DNA of 64,000 nt from assembly GCA_002269645.1 (NCBI GenBank), contig NIVC01001349.1, positions 1 to 64,000 of the forward strand, read 5' to 3'. Origin of the DNA: Macrostomum lignano (lineage: Eukaryota). Below, piece by piece: positions 34,934 to 48,082 of the stretch. Numbering within the stretch: position 1 is the first letter of the stretch; each line of letters begins with the position of its first letter. Below the pieces are notes generated by a model. It was not told the DNA's origin and did not search any database. It was given only the letters and a program-made list of their open reading frames with translations. A program made the position numbers and the translations under genes.

Positions 34934-35727
34934 ACCCTGTGTGAGATACAGAGTGTGTACACCCTGTGTGAGATACAGAGTGTGTACACCCTGTGTGAGA
35001 TACAGAGAGTGTACACCCTGTGTGAGATACAGAGAGTGTACACCCTGTGTGAGATACAGAGAGTGTACACCCTGTGTGAGATACAGAGAGTGCACAACCT
35101 GTGTGAGATACAGAGTGTGTACACCCTGTGTGAGATACAGAGAGTGTACACCCTGTGTGAGATACAGAGAGTGTACACCCTGTGTGAGATACAGAGAGTG
35201 TACACCCTGTGTGAGATACAGAGAGCGTACACCCTGTGTGAGATACAGAGAGTGTACACCCTGTGTGAGATACAGAGAGCGTACACCCTGTGTGAGATAC
35301 AGAGATTGTACACCCTGTGTGAGATACAGAGAGCGTACACCCTGTGTGAGATACAGAGAGTGCACACCCTGTGTGAGATACAGAGAGTGTACACCCTGTG
35401 TGAGATACAGAGAGTGTACACCCTGTGTGAGATACAGAGAGTGTACACCCTGTGTGAGATACAGAGAGCGTACACCCTGTGTGAGATACAGAGATTGTAC
35501 ACCCTGTGTGAGATACAGAGAGCGTACACCCTGTGTGAGATACAGAGAGTGCACACCCTGTGTGAGATACAGAGAGTGTACACCCTGTGTGAGATACAGA
35601 GAGTGTACACCCTGTGTGAGATACAGAGATTGTACACCCTGTGTGAGATACAGAGAGTGTACACCCTGTGTGAGATACAGAGAGTGTACACCCTGTGTGA
35701 GATACAGAGAGTGTACACCCTGTGTGA
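34934..35727 (+). repeat. 27-bp minisatellite gtgtacaccctgtgtgagatacagaga
   Basis: Direct inspection; the core matches the SINE body. Confidence 0.97.
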
Positions 35728-36189
35728 GCTTTGTCTTGTCGCTGGCTGCCGGCCAACTTTTGGCATCCCTGATTTTCGGCAGCGCCTCAACGACACCTGC
35801 AGACGATCTATCAGTGCGCCTCTTCACTTCGCTTCAAGACTTGATAGATCATGCCTAACCCTCATGCCAAATTATGTAGAATTTCTCCCGAGAGATTTGC
35901 ATATCTATATTTTTCCAAAATTATCAACTGGCACAAGCTGTAGGCTGTGGATTCGCTGTCAGACTTGTCCGGACAGTCAGAAATATATTCTATCGCTAAG
36001 AGATGCAACAGAGAAAATCCGTATTGTTTATCTAGCGATCTTCCAGGGCGGCCTCTCCACGGCAGAAAGGAATTGGCTGGATGCGGTAAAACCATTGCGA
36101 ATATGACGGAGAGGCAGGGTGCAGGGCTGGTGTGTTTGTACTGCCAAGTACGGTGGAGTACTAAGAGTGTTTGAGACTGGAGTGAAGCC

Positions 36190-37124
36190 GCAAACCCTAC
36201 CCTCCTGGTCCTTCAAACCCTACCCTACTGGGTCCTTCAAACCCTACCCTACTGGGTCCTTCAAACCCTACCCTACTGGGTCCTTCAAACCCTACCCTAC
36301 TGGGTCCTTCAAACCCTACCCTACTGGGTCTTCAAACCCTAACCTACTGGGTCCTTCAAACCCTACCCTATTGGGTCCTTCAAACCCTACCCTACTGGGT
36401 CCTTCAAACCCTACCCTACTGGATCCTTCAAACCCTACCCTACTGGGTCCTTCAAACCCTACCCTACTGGGTCCTTCAAACCCTACCCTACTGGGTCCTT
36501 CAAACCCTACCCTACTGGGTCCTTCAAACCCTACCCTACTGGGTCCTTCAAACCCTACCCTACTGGGTCCTTCAAACCCTACCCTACTGGGTCCTTCAAA
36601 CCCTACCCTACTGAGTCCTTCAAACCCTACCCTATTGGGTCCTTCAAACCCTACCCTACTGGGTCCTTCAAACCCTACCCTCCTGGGTCTTCAAACCCTA
36701 CCCTACTGGGTCCTTCAAACCCTACCCTACTGGGTCCTTCAAACCCTAACCTACTGGATCCTTCAAACCCTACCCTACTGGATCCTTCAAACCCTACCCT
36801 ACTGGGTCCTTCAAACCCTACCCTACTGGGTCCTTCAAACCCTACCCTACTGAGTCCTTCAAACCCTACCCTATTGGGTCCTTCAAACCCTACCCTATTG
36901 GGTCCTTCAAACCCTACCCTATTGGGTCCTTCAAACCCTACCCTATTGGGTCCTTCAAACCCTACCCTACTGGGTCCTTCAAACCCTACCCTATTGGGTC
37001 CTTCAAACCCTACCCTACTGGATCCTTCAAACCCTACCCTACTGGGTCCTTCAAACCCTACCCTACTGGGTCCTTCAAACCCTAACCTACTGGATCCTTC
37101 AAACCCTACCCTACTGGGTCCTTC
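36190..37124 (+). repeat. 24-bp minisatellite gtccttcaaaccctaccctactgg
   Basis: Direct inspection. Confidence 0.97.
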
Positions 37125-38809
37125 ATGGGGGCCGATGCCCTACCTCACGATCTGACCTTACTTCTGGAAATACTTGGCCTCTACACAAAATGCATTAGGG
37201 AAGTGTTAGATATTGAATTATGGGATATTCTCCCCTCCCACTCTCTCTCTCTCTCCCACTTTCGGGGCATCGGAATGCGGAATCAATGACACCAAGCAGA
37301 CTATGAGAGTTTAGTTTATACAGCAACTGACTTCACAGCGGCGATTTAGATGAAGAGAGAGGGAGAGGGAGGGAGATAGGTCTACATTAGAGACTGGGAG
37401 GTGAAGAGGCTGGAGGCTATGCATAATGCTTATATACAGAGCCTGCATATACAGGGTGAGGGAGGCCTGTGGAAATTTTGGAAATTATTTTGCTCTATAG
37501 AGAAGGGCAGCCGAGGTCAATTTACAGATTTAATTAAACTTGAGGGCGGGGCCGCCGCTGCAGCAGTCGCCGCTCTCTGTTGAAATGCTAGAGCGAATGA
37601 TTTCTAGAAGAGTCAATTGCATGCTAGGAATTTTCTAGCGACAGCTATATATGGTTATGCAATTATATGGTTATTACGCAATATCTGTACAACCGGAAGT
37701 GCTGCATCCCCAAGGCCGGAAGCGAGCACTCGAGGCAAAAGAATGTTTCTAACCATAGCTACTATCATAGTGTGTTTTTGTTGTTTTTAATTTACAAATT
37801 CGCACCTGCCGAGGGAGCCGTCTCAAGAAAATGGAAGCCCCTTTTTTACGTCTCCAGCCTGGCTCTCTTCTGTTACGTAATTCCCAGAATCGAGCGACTG
37901 TTTTTTCCGAATCGAAGTGTGCTTCCTTCTGCAGCACATATTTTCCAGGTCTCTATTAACAACTCAGCTTATAAAAGGGCCAGCCCCCCAAGACACACAG
38001 AGTGTACATGCATCGAAGTCGCAAATCCACTTAACAATCTGGCATTGCAAACCCACATTGAAGAAGCCAGTTCTACCATAAACAATCGTCTCTATCCTCT
38101 TCAAAAGTCCCGCTTTCTTGGCAAAGTTTAAAAGTCGATTTAAAACTTTCTAGACAAGCCCGAGGCCCTGAAATCCAATATCCGTTTCTGGGAGTCCAAC
38201 TACCACTTATCCCCATACATTTTTCTCCCCAACACGCTTGGCTAGAAGCTCTGGAAATCTGAGAAATCCCCCAGATTTCAGCAGCCACTTCCTGCCCCAG
38301 TTCTTGCAACACGAGCCTACAATCAACTTAAATTCAAAATGCGAGTGCCGCAGAAGTGGATTTGACTGATTTTTGCGCCCCCCACTTTTTCACTACTACA
38401 CTTGGAAATGGCAAGCAGGGGAGCAAAGTGGATTGAAGACAGTTGCAGACAAGCGCCCTGATTTTAGTGGGAGCGAAGAGAATGCAGTAAAGTCTGCCAC
38501 TCTTACAAGAGAGGGTTGGGGAGAAACTCAATGGTTCTGGGAATTTTGAAATACCAGGAGACAAGCTGTCAAGAAAACAGACGATGGGAGATAGTCACCT
38601 GCGTCCGTCATCATGCTGATGGGGCTTCATTTTTGCGTGCAGAGCGTACTCGTATATGGCCTATTGTGATGGCCATTGTGATGCTGAATAATGGCGCTAT
38701 TGACTTTAGTTTGGCGCCAAAACCTATAATGCCCATCTAGTGCTGAAAACTTCGAGAATTTAAGGTGAGATACTTAAGTTGGGCGTTATATATTTTAAAA
38801 TTAGGCACC

Positions 38810-40195
38810 GTATGGTAGAATTAGGCGCCCGAGCATAGAATTAGGCATCAGATCATAGAATTAGGCGTCAGATCATAGGATTAGGCGCTAGATTATTGAA
38901 TTAGGCGCCAGATCATTAAATTAGGCGCCAGATCATTAAATTAGGCTCTAGATGTTAAAATTAGGCGCCAGATGATAGGACTAGAAGCAAAATTCTTGAA
39001 CTGAACCATAGTCTTGGTCCCCGGTACCAGTGCACCCAGCCCACCTTAATTAAACCTGACTGTCTCTGACAATATCGAGAGAGAGGGAGAGAGAGAGAGA
39101 GAGACTTCATAATCCAGCGTTATGAACTCGGGACTCGAGGCCCCGGCTAATAGGGATCTGGACTCGGGTTCGCGCGGCCAGGGGATCAGGCGCCGAGATT
39201 GGATGACGCCGCTGGGGAATCCGGAGGAGCCCAGCAGACTTTTATGCTGAGTGTTCGGCTCTCCGATTTTAGCGAGATTTAATGGGATAAAAGATTCGAA
39301 GGCCTAGACTTGGTAAAAGATTTATTTGAGACGCGATAAGATGACTGGGATAAAATCTGATTAGACTAGATATGATGCGGCATCAGATGAGACAGACTGC
39401 GACAAAATTGGACCGAGACAGATATAACAAAACCCAAAAATTGTTTTCTAAATTAGATACCATGGGAATAGATGCCATGTGATTGGATCTGATTAGATTT
39501 TTGGCGAGAAACATTTTTATTAGAACCTGTGAAATTAGGTGTTATGAGATTAGATAACATGAGAATAGAATCCGCGAGATTAGACTCCATAAGATTAGAT
39601 TCCGTGAGATTAGATCCTATGAGACTATATCCTATGATATTAGATGCCGTGAGGATTCGATCTCATGAGATTAGATACCATGATATTTATTAGATCCCAT
39701 GAGATTGGATCCCGTGAGATCAGATTCGATCAGATCTAATACAACTAGACTAGACAGCTAGATAGAATCCCGTCGGACAGTAATTAGATCCCGTGAGATT
39801 AGATTCCACGAGATTAGATAACTTAAGATAAGATCCCGTGAGATTAGATTTAATCAGATCTAATACAACTAGACTAGACAGCTAGATAGAATCCCGTCGG
39901 ACAGTAATTAGATCCCGTGAGATTAGATTCCACGAGATTAGATAACTTAAGATAAGATCCCGTGAAATTAGATTTAATCAGATCTAATACAACTAGACTA
40001 GACAGCTAGATAGAATCCCGTCGGACAGTAAGTAGATCCCGTGAGATTAGATACCATGAGATTAGACCCCGTGAGATTGGATCCCATGAGAGTAGATCCC
40101 ATGAGATTAGATGCCATAAGATTACATCCCGTGAGATTAGATTCGATCAGATCTAATACAACTAGACTAGACACAGCTAGATAGGATCCCGTCAG
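38810..40195 (+). repeat. Degenerate repeat zone (aattaggcgccagatc units at 38810-38975; gagattagatcccgt units and longer duplications at 39480-40195)
   Basis: Direct inspection. Confidence 0.85.
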
Positions 40196-40529
40196 AGAAT
40201 AAGCATGGAACGAATCTCTATCCCGCTCCAACTGACATCCAACAGACGGAGACGAATACTATTTCAGACTGAGACTGGCAGGCAATTAAATTTGCATGAA
40301 TGCAAGGAGCGAGAGTCTCCCGTATGCCACACGGCCTTCAACAGCAATTCTGACTAGCTTCGGGACGTGACAAGATTTCCCAAGAAATTTTAAAGATAGA
40401 GGAACATGACCGCTTGCCGGCAGTCCTTATCAAAGAAGGCAAAATAGACAGGATAAAATTAGGACGGTTCAAAGATCCCAGACGGAATAGAATCGAATTG
40501 AGAAGCTTTTGAGCTCGCTAGAAATCTCT

Positions 40530-40571
<42 letters not shown>

Positions 40572-41149
40572 GGCCTTCGCACTTCCTGTATTATTTATTC
40601 GGGTTGGGAGAAAATGGAGCAGCAGGCACAGCAGCCGCAACAGTCCCAAGAGTGAGGGGCGGCCATAGGCTTAGTAGAATTTCCAATCGTCCCTCTTTGA
40701 CTGTGTTGCTTCCGCGCTTAGAAAAGAAGATTTCTTAGAAAATTAGACAGCGAATAATAGGAAAGGCTTGAAGGCTTGTCGTGCGTGTCCGGGGGAGGGG
40801 GTCTTTTCTAGCGCAGGAAGTTTCGCCTGATTGCGTAACGGCTGGCTGGGAGATCACTGACACTGGAGGAAGGGCTCGGGGTTCGGAAGCGACGACTTGA
40901 CGACGTGGTGACCGAACACTCGATACTTCGGTTGCTTGGCGCGACCGACTGCGTTTTATCTTGCCGCTTGACCGGCTCCCGCAGCCTCCAGTTCTCCGCC
41001 ATCAAATTGTGGCATCCCTTCGACTGACAGCTGCCACGTGCTCCCGGCAGGGGGCGACGGAGACTGGGAGGGGGGGGGCGAGGGATCAGAACGGTTTTGG
41101 CCGTGCTGTGGGGAAGCTGGGCGGGTCTGTTCATCATCTCTAAATAGGC

Positions 41150-42095
41150 CTGTCAGGGGCGCCACTTTAAGCTTGTCGGGGGCGCCACTTTAAGCTTGTC
41201 GGGAGCGTCACTTTAAGCTTGTCGGAGGCGCCAGTGTAAGCTTGTCGGGAGCGTCACTTTAAGCTTGTCGGGAGCACCACTTTAAGCTTGTCGGGGGCCA
41301 GTTTAAGCTTGTCGGGGGCGTCACTTTAAGCTTGTCGGGGTCGCCAGTTTAAGCTTGTCGGGGGCGTCACTTTAAGCTTGTCGGGGTCGCCACTTTAAGC
41401 TTGTCGGGAGCGTCACTTTAAGCTTGTCGGGAGCACCACTTTAAGCTTGTCGGGAGCGTCACTTTAAGCTTGTCGGGAGCACCACTTTAAGCTTCTCGGG
41501 AGCGTCACTTTAAGCTTGTCGGGAGCACCACTTTAAGCTTGTCGGGGGCCAGTTTAAGCTTGTCGGGGGCGTCACTTTAAGCTTGTCGGGGTCGCCACTT
41601 TAAGCTTGTCGGGGGCGCCAGCTTTAGGTGTAAGCTTGTCGGGGGCGCCAGTTTAAGGCTTGTCGGGAGCGCTAGTCTGAGCTTGTTGGGGGCGCCACTT
41701 TAGGCTTTCTGGGGGCTCCACTTAAGGCTTGTCGGGGGCGCCACTTAAAGCTTCTCGGGGGCGTCACTTTAAGCTTGTCGGGGGCGCCAGCTTTAGGTGT
41801 AAGCTTGTCGGGGGCGCCAGCTTTAGGTGTAAGCTTGTCGGGGGCGCCACTTAAAGCTTGTCAGGGGGGCGCCAGTTTAAACTTGTCGGGGGCGCCACTT
41901 TAAGCTTGTCGGGGGCGCCACTTTAAGCTTGTCGGGGGCGCCAGCTTTAGGTGTAAGCTTGTCGGGGGCGCCACTTAAAGCTTGTCAGGGGGGCGCCACT
42001 TTAAGCTTGTCGGGGGCGCCAGCTTTAGGTGTAAGCTTGTCGGGGGCGCCACTTAAAGCTTGTCAGGGGGGCGCCAGTTTAAGCTTGCCGGGGGG
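41150..42095 (+). repeat. ~23-bp minisatellite ttaagcttgtcgggggcgccact
   Basis: Direct inspection. Confidence 0.95.
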
Positions 42096-43569
42096 GGGAC
42101 GCCACTTGTTTTGGAAGGTGCTACTATTTGTCAAATGCATTTTTATTTCAGCTTGTCCAGCAGCACGGCTGCATGCATGCCATAAAAATCCAGCAAATCT
42201 TCTTCTTAGTTATCTACCTCGCTGTGTATCTGGGAAAAAATCAAATTCAAATTCAGCAGCGCTTTATTATAAACACGAAATCTTGTCACGGTTTCCAGAC
42301 TTTAAGAGGGTCTCCTCCGTCTCTCTCTCTCTACCTGCTGCTGCAGCTGAATACACATCGCTAACCTGGCCTGGATTTGAGGACTGCACAGTTCAGATTC
42401 ACTCTTGATGAATAAATATCAACTACCTCTGCATGACATATGAGGGCTTCTCCTTCTCCATCTGCTGGAGCTGCTGCTGCTACTAGAAGGATGAAGCACC
42501 GCCCATCTGTTATCTTGTGCATCTGTTATTTCATCGCTTCATCAATTCCCAATCCTCATCATAGTGTCGGTTTGAGCACGCATATAGGATCTAGTTAGTT
42601 GTTAGTCGAGAGCTAGGATTTGAGTTTTTTCCTAGCACTCGATTATTACTTACACTATGCTTAATATCGGTGCGTGCTTAACCACCAGCCTATTTAATTG
42701 GTTCAATTAAACGCCTGTAAGAAGAGCTCAGCTTGATCTCATATCAATAATGTGTTACCTCAGTGTGTTGTCAGGTTTTCTCGCTTATCCAAAGCACGTA
42801 CAGACGGACTGACAAGAGATAAGTTGCTCAGCGATGGCAGCAGGGGATGCAGGGGGATGGGACTCCAGCTCCCCTTGAATCCTTCTGCCCGGCTCATCCC
42901 TACAAAGCACTACTAGTTACCCTGCCCTGCACCTGTGTCTCCGCACCGGCCGCAGCGCCAGACTGCCTGTCTCCAATAGTCAACTCACTGCAGCCAGCGC
43001 AGACATGCCGCCACCGCCGCCGCAGTCTCCACCGCTCTGCCGCTTCGCTATCGCAGAAAATCGTCAATAAAATGTAAAAAAAAATGCTGACTGGTAGGTA
43101 GAGGGGACGTCGCGCCATGGTCACGCCGACAGACCACGGCGGCGGCGGCGGTGGCGGCGCGGCGGCGGCGACAGTCGCGGCAGACAGACAGGTGGCGCGC
43201 AGAGGGACGGATCGAGCGGGATAGGAGATGTGGAGCTTACAGGCTCACGGGATCTTGCGATATTGTCATCCTCAATCCCCCTCCCCAGCTGCAGGGCATT
43301 AGCAGATAAAAAAATCTCAGAAATCAATCGGGCCGCTAATACGCGTCATCATCACCATGGCAACCGGCTGCAACAGACGGAGCATATGCGTCCCGTGGCG
43401 ATCCACCCCAATTTCTAAGCAGCAAAACGGCCATCCAATTAATTAAATAATTGAAGGCTTTTGATGAGCGCTGGGGACCCTCAAAATGGCAATCACAGTA
43501 ATGGAAGGTGTCACATCATTTGCCGCCTCGAGATTCGAGTGAAATCTCTTCTTATTGTCATTATTCGGT

Positions 43570-43876
43570 ATTTTTTATTAGAGGCAGGGGCTGTGAGCAA
43601 CCCTGGCGCACTTTAAGCGACATTGTCACACAACCGGCGAGAGGCATTACTGCCCATGCCGCTACTCCTCTGAGCAGGCACACAAGCGCGCGGATACGTA
43701 CGCAGTCATACCATTAGGCATGTACACTTCACTGTGCCTTGGGGTTTGAACCTTAATTGCACGAGCAGAGCCAAGCCGAGATTCCAATTTAGCCCCAAAT
43801 TAATGCGACTGCACTTGGAATCGAGCCTGGGCCGCTGGCACATCAGAGCGCCGCGATGGACCACTGGGCTACGGCC
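43570..43876 (-). mobile_element. tRNA-derived SINE, copy B
   Basis: Minus strand begins GGCCGTAGCCCAGTGG, with GGCTCGATTCC and GGTTCAAACCC boxes, the shared body, and a cccctgcctctaataaaaaa tail. Confidence 0.8.
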
Positions 43877-44227
43877 TTCCTTATTAAACTCTAAGATCAA
43901 AAATCATCAAAGCTTAAAATTGAAGCCAAATATTCAGGCACTAAATAATAGCTTAAAACGTAGATTAACTTCTAGAAAATATAGTTGCTATGGCAACTAA
44001 GCGCAGCGTGAAGACGCGTGGAAATTCAAAATAGTTTCAAAGATTATTTTTATCTGGATCTAATTATGCGATTAAATAAAGGGAAACCCAATCAAACTCC
44101 CATGCCTGCCTTTGTCTAATTCTAATCTGCTTCTAGTTGAAAAAAACAGAACAAAGCAGGTAAAGTGGCTCGCTTGATGAAGAGTAGATAAATAAAGGTA
44201 AATATCAACATGAAGTATTATTTGAGT

Positions 44228-44271
44228 TGCCGATGCATTTCGTCCATTTGCATTAGGACATCGTCAGGGTC
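44228..44271 (-). ncRNA. Second hammerhead motif (inverted pLTR copy)
   Basis: Reverse complement of 45547-45590. Confidence 0.7.
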
Positions 44272-44321
44272 TTTTTATTGAGAAACAATTTGAACGAATA
44301 TTCAGTATATATAGATAGTTG

Positions 44322-44630
44322 TGTAGAAAAAATACTAACTAAACTAAAAACTATTTAATTGGAGTTAAATTGAAGGAGCAGTAAGTGGGCGCAGGGCCCA
44401 AACCGATATATTTATAGAACATTTAACTTTGGGGGGTTGAGCCTAGAATAATAAAGAGAGGGGGTGGAGTGCGCGACTGAAGAGAGAGGCGAGAATGGAG
44501 AGCCAATCAGAAGGCAGCAAGGGAGAGAGAGATAAGAATAACAAGATTGAGCTGGACAGAGAAGAGAGAAAACAGAGTAAACAGAGACAAGTGAAGGTGA
44601 ACTAAAGAAATGACTAGGAAAGTCGCGACA
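44322..44630 (-). mobile_element. Solo LTR-like insert, 309 bp, nested in the inverted pLTR
   Basis: TGT...ACA termini; 5-bp TSD AGTTG (44317-44321, 44631-44635); absent from the matching right arm; minus strand has ctgattggct, tataaata and attaaa. Confidence 0.85.
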
Positions 44631-44943
44631 AGTTGAGAGTAACAAGAGTAGTTGAATTGAGTTTTTAATTGATGGTTTAAAACTTGTACATAGTAATCAA
44701 TTTTTGATACAGTATTGGTTGGGTAAAGTGCATATCAGTTTCAAGCCAGTCCGGTCATTGACAAATCAGCTAAAAAATTCTGAGTTGACGGCTAGCCCCA
44801 CCCATCGCAAGTTGGTTATTTAACGTGGGCTGTTTGGTCTTAATGTACAGGGCTTCTAATAGGCAGAGCATGTGATCTCTATTACAAAAATCAATAGCCT
44901 TTATCATTTCGTGTGGTTCAGCCTCACAACAAGAATTGCAGGT

Positions 44944-45362
44944 CCGTAAAGCTGCTCCGTAAAGACTTAAACACTCAAATCCGTGTTGTGTTTCGCACCG
45001 AAAAGATTGCTAAGTTTGTCTGCAAGTTGAAATCCAGTGTTCCACGTCCTCTCGCGGCTGGTGTCGTGTATAAATTTGTTTGCTCTGAGGACCAGAGCAT
45101 CTCCTACATAGGAAAAACTAAACGACACTTATACACGAGGGTCAGAGAGCACTGGCTAAAAAACTCTGCTATTAACGAACACCTGCTTACCTGCAATTCT
45201 TGTTGTGAGGCTGAACCACACGAAATGATAAAGGCTATTGATTTTTGTAATAGAGATCACATGCTCTGCCTATTAGAAGCCCTGTACATTAAGACCAAAC
45301 AGCCCACGTTAAATAACCAACTTGCGATGGGTGGGGCTAGCCGTCAACTCAGAATTTTTTAG
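44944..45362 (+). CDS. GIY-YIG endonuclease domain fragment of a Penelope-like element
   Basis: Track ORF 44913-45362; its first ~10 codons come from the inverted arm. Confidence 0.85.
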
Positions 45363-45546
45363 CTGATTTGTCAATGACCGGACTGGCTTGAAACTGATAT
45401 GCACTTTACCCAACCAATACTGTATCAAAAATTGATTACTATGTACAAGTTTTAAACCATCAATTAAAAACTCAATTCAACTACTCTTGTTACTCTCAAC
45501 TATCTATATATACTGAATATTCGTTCAAATTGTTTCTCAATAAAAA

Positions 45547-45590
45547 GACCCTGACGATGTCCTAATGCAAATGGACGAAATGCATCGGCA
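45547..45590 (+). ncRNA. Minimal type I hammerhead ribozyme motif in the pLTR
   Basis: CTGACGA (45551-45557), T, stem II gtcc/ggac, GAAA (45577-45580), palindromic ATGCAT stem III, and predicted cleavage after C45586. Stem I has only 2 WC pairs. Confidence 0.7.
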
Positions 45591-45990
45591 ACTCAAATAA
45601 TACTTCATGTTGATATTTACCTTTATTTATCTACAGAACAAAGCATTTGCCTCGCCGTCTAAAGAAGAAAAGGAAAAAGAGAGATGGGCAAAGAGCTGCG
45701 TTGTTTCACCGTTGACCGAGGACAAACATGAATGGGAAGTGAACTGGGGGTAAACTCCCCTCAACTGCTTAGGAACTGGACTAGTCATGCGGTACGCACT
45801 TCGCTTCAACCAAAAACTGGCGCGCCTCTCCAGGCAGAGAGGGGCAGCAGAATGCGGGATATTAAAAAATTATTTGCAAGGTTCGCTTGGCCGCGGAGAC
45901 AATGCCCGCCAGTTCCAGGCGGACCACCCGCTAAGAGAGCGAGAGGGCATGGGATTTTCCATACTGATTCGTAGCTTAAAAAGCTGAACC

Positions 45991-47010
<1,020 letters not shown>

Positions 47011-47813
47011 CCTGTCTGCCCACTTGTCCGTCTCAATGTATTTCAGCCAGTATTACGTCACACTGCGCCCTACACGCTGCGAATGGCGTGCATCAACTCT
47101 CTAAATAATTAATAGGCGAAAAACGAAGAACAAAAAATTTCCCCGTCAGTAAAAATGAAAACAGAAAATTAATTTAAGCCTGACTCATCCAGCCGAGGGG
47201 GAAGGTAAATGGATTAGATCTGTCGCTGACCAGCTGGGTTCCCCCAGACTCCCAGCGTCATCCTGACCGCAGGTTCAGGTGAGCGAGCGAGTAAGGTAGG
47301 AGAAATTGAAGACGTAAGATGCGTCCGAGTCCTGCTCAAATCCAAATGAAACACGACAGTCGGCCAGGCTGGGGGAATCGAGCTGTGGCCAGGCCCTGAG
47401 CAACCCGAGAGCAGGGCGGCCTGCCGCACACAGATAATAGCAGACCGGAGCAGCAGCTGAGAACCCCCGCGAGTATCTCAATGTATCGCCCTCTCGGTTG
47501 CAGGCAATATTACGTAACTAGTTAAGGTAGGATTAATGCAGGAAGCTGGGAGCATCATCATCAACTCGGCTGCAGATGGCACGCATTTGGCGGCATGACT
47601 GAGTAAGTGGGCCGTCCCTGCTGCACAGGAATTCTGTCTCCCAGCTCCCATGCTCAGCCTCCTGGCTGCATGTGATGTAGGATGTAGCGGGCATTCGAAG
47701 CCAGTTGGTTGAGCAAGAGTTGACTCAGGTTCAATAGCAATAGCTTCTGGTTTCGTAGAAACTTAAGAAGCTCACGAAGATCTTACTGTTTTGTTGGTAT
47801 CCACCCGTACCAT

Positions 47814-48082
47814 GGGGCGCGGAGTAGCCCTGCGTCACGACTCCTGGTTCGCACTCATGAAGGCCAACTCCCAAGGCACAGTGAAGTGTACATGTCTGAC
47901 GATTAGAAAGTCAGGGACGATGTACACCCTGTGTGAGCGTGTGCCTGCGTACGTATCCGCGCGCTTGTATGCCTGCTCAGGGAGTCGGCGGAATGGGCAG
48001 TAATGCCTCTCGCCGGTTGTGTGCCAATGTCGCTTAAAGTGCGCCAGGGTGCACACAACCCCCCCTGCCTCTAATAAAAAAA
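47814..48082 (+). mobile_element. SINE, copy C (different 5' head, same body and tail)
   Basis: The body from ccaaggcacagtgaagtgtacatg to ccctgcctctaataaaaaaa matches copy B; the head is ggggcgcggagtagcc...ggttcgcactc. Confidence 0.75.

Larger units (their letters stand above)
44159..45634 (+). mobile_element. Penelope-like retroelement, 5'-truncated, with inverted pseudo-LTR
   Basis: GIY-YIG endonuclease C-terminus (GVVYKFVC...SYIGKTKRHLYTRVREH...LEALYIK...PTLN) at ~44944-45362. 44184-44321 plus 44636-44943 is the reverse complement of 45189-45634. The direct repeat agaacaaagca flanks both ends (44148-44158, 45635-45645). Confidence 0.9.

Noticed and set aside
36190-37124. Telomere-like array (aaaccct / ccctac)
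   Set aside because: It is a 24-bp unit, not tandem TTAGGG-type hexamers.
37685-37735. Two ETS-like ccggaag motifs as a promoter
   Set aside because: No associated gene start was identified, and short motifs alone are insufficient.
42900-43124. ORF beginning MARRPLYLPVSIFFYILLTIFC as the missing signal-peptide exon of the Ihog-like gene
   Set aside because: The hydrophobicity derives from a T-rich tract, and the nearby donors are phase 0 whereas phase 1 is required.
47888-47910. CTGACGATTAGAAAGTCAG in the SINE body as a hammerhead core
   Set aside because: There is no stem II between CUGANGA and GAAA; it is better explained as a ctgac/gtcag hairpin.
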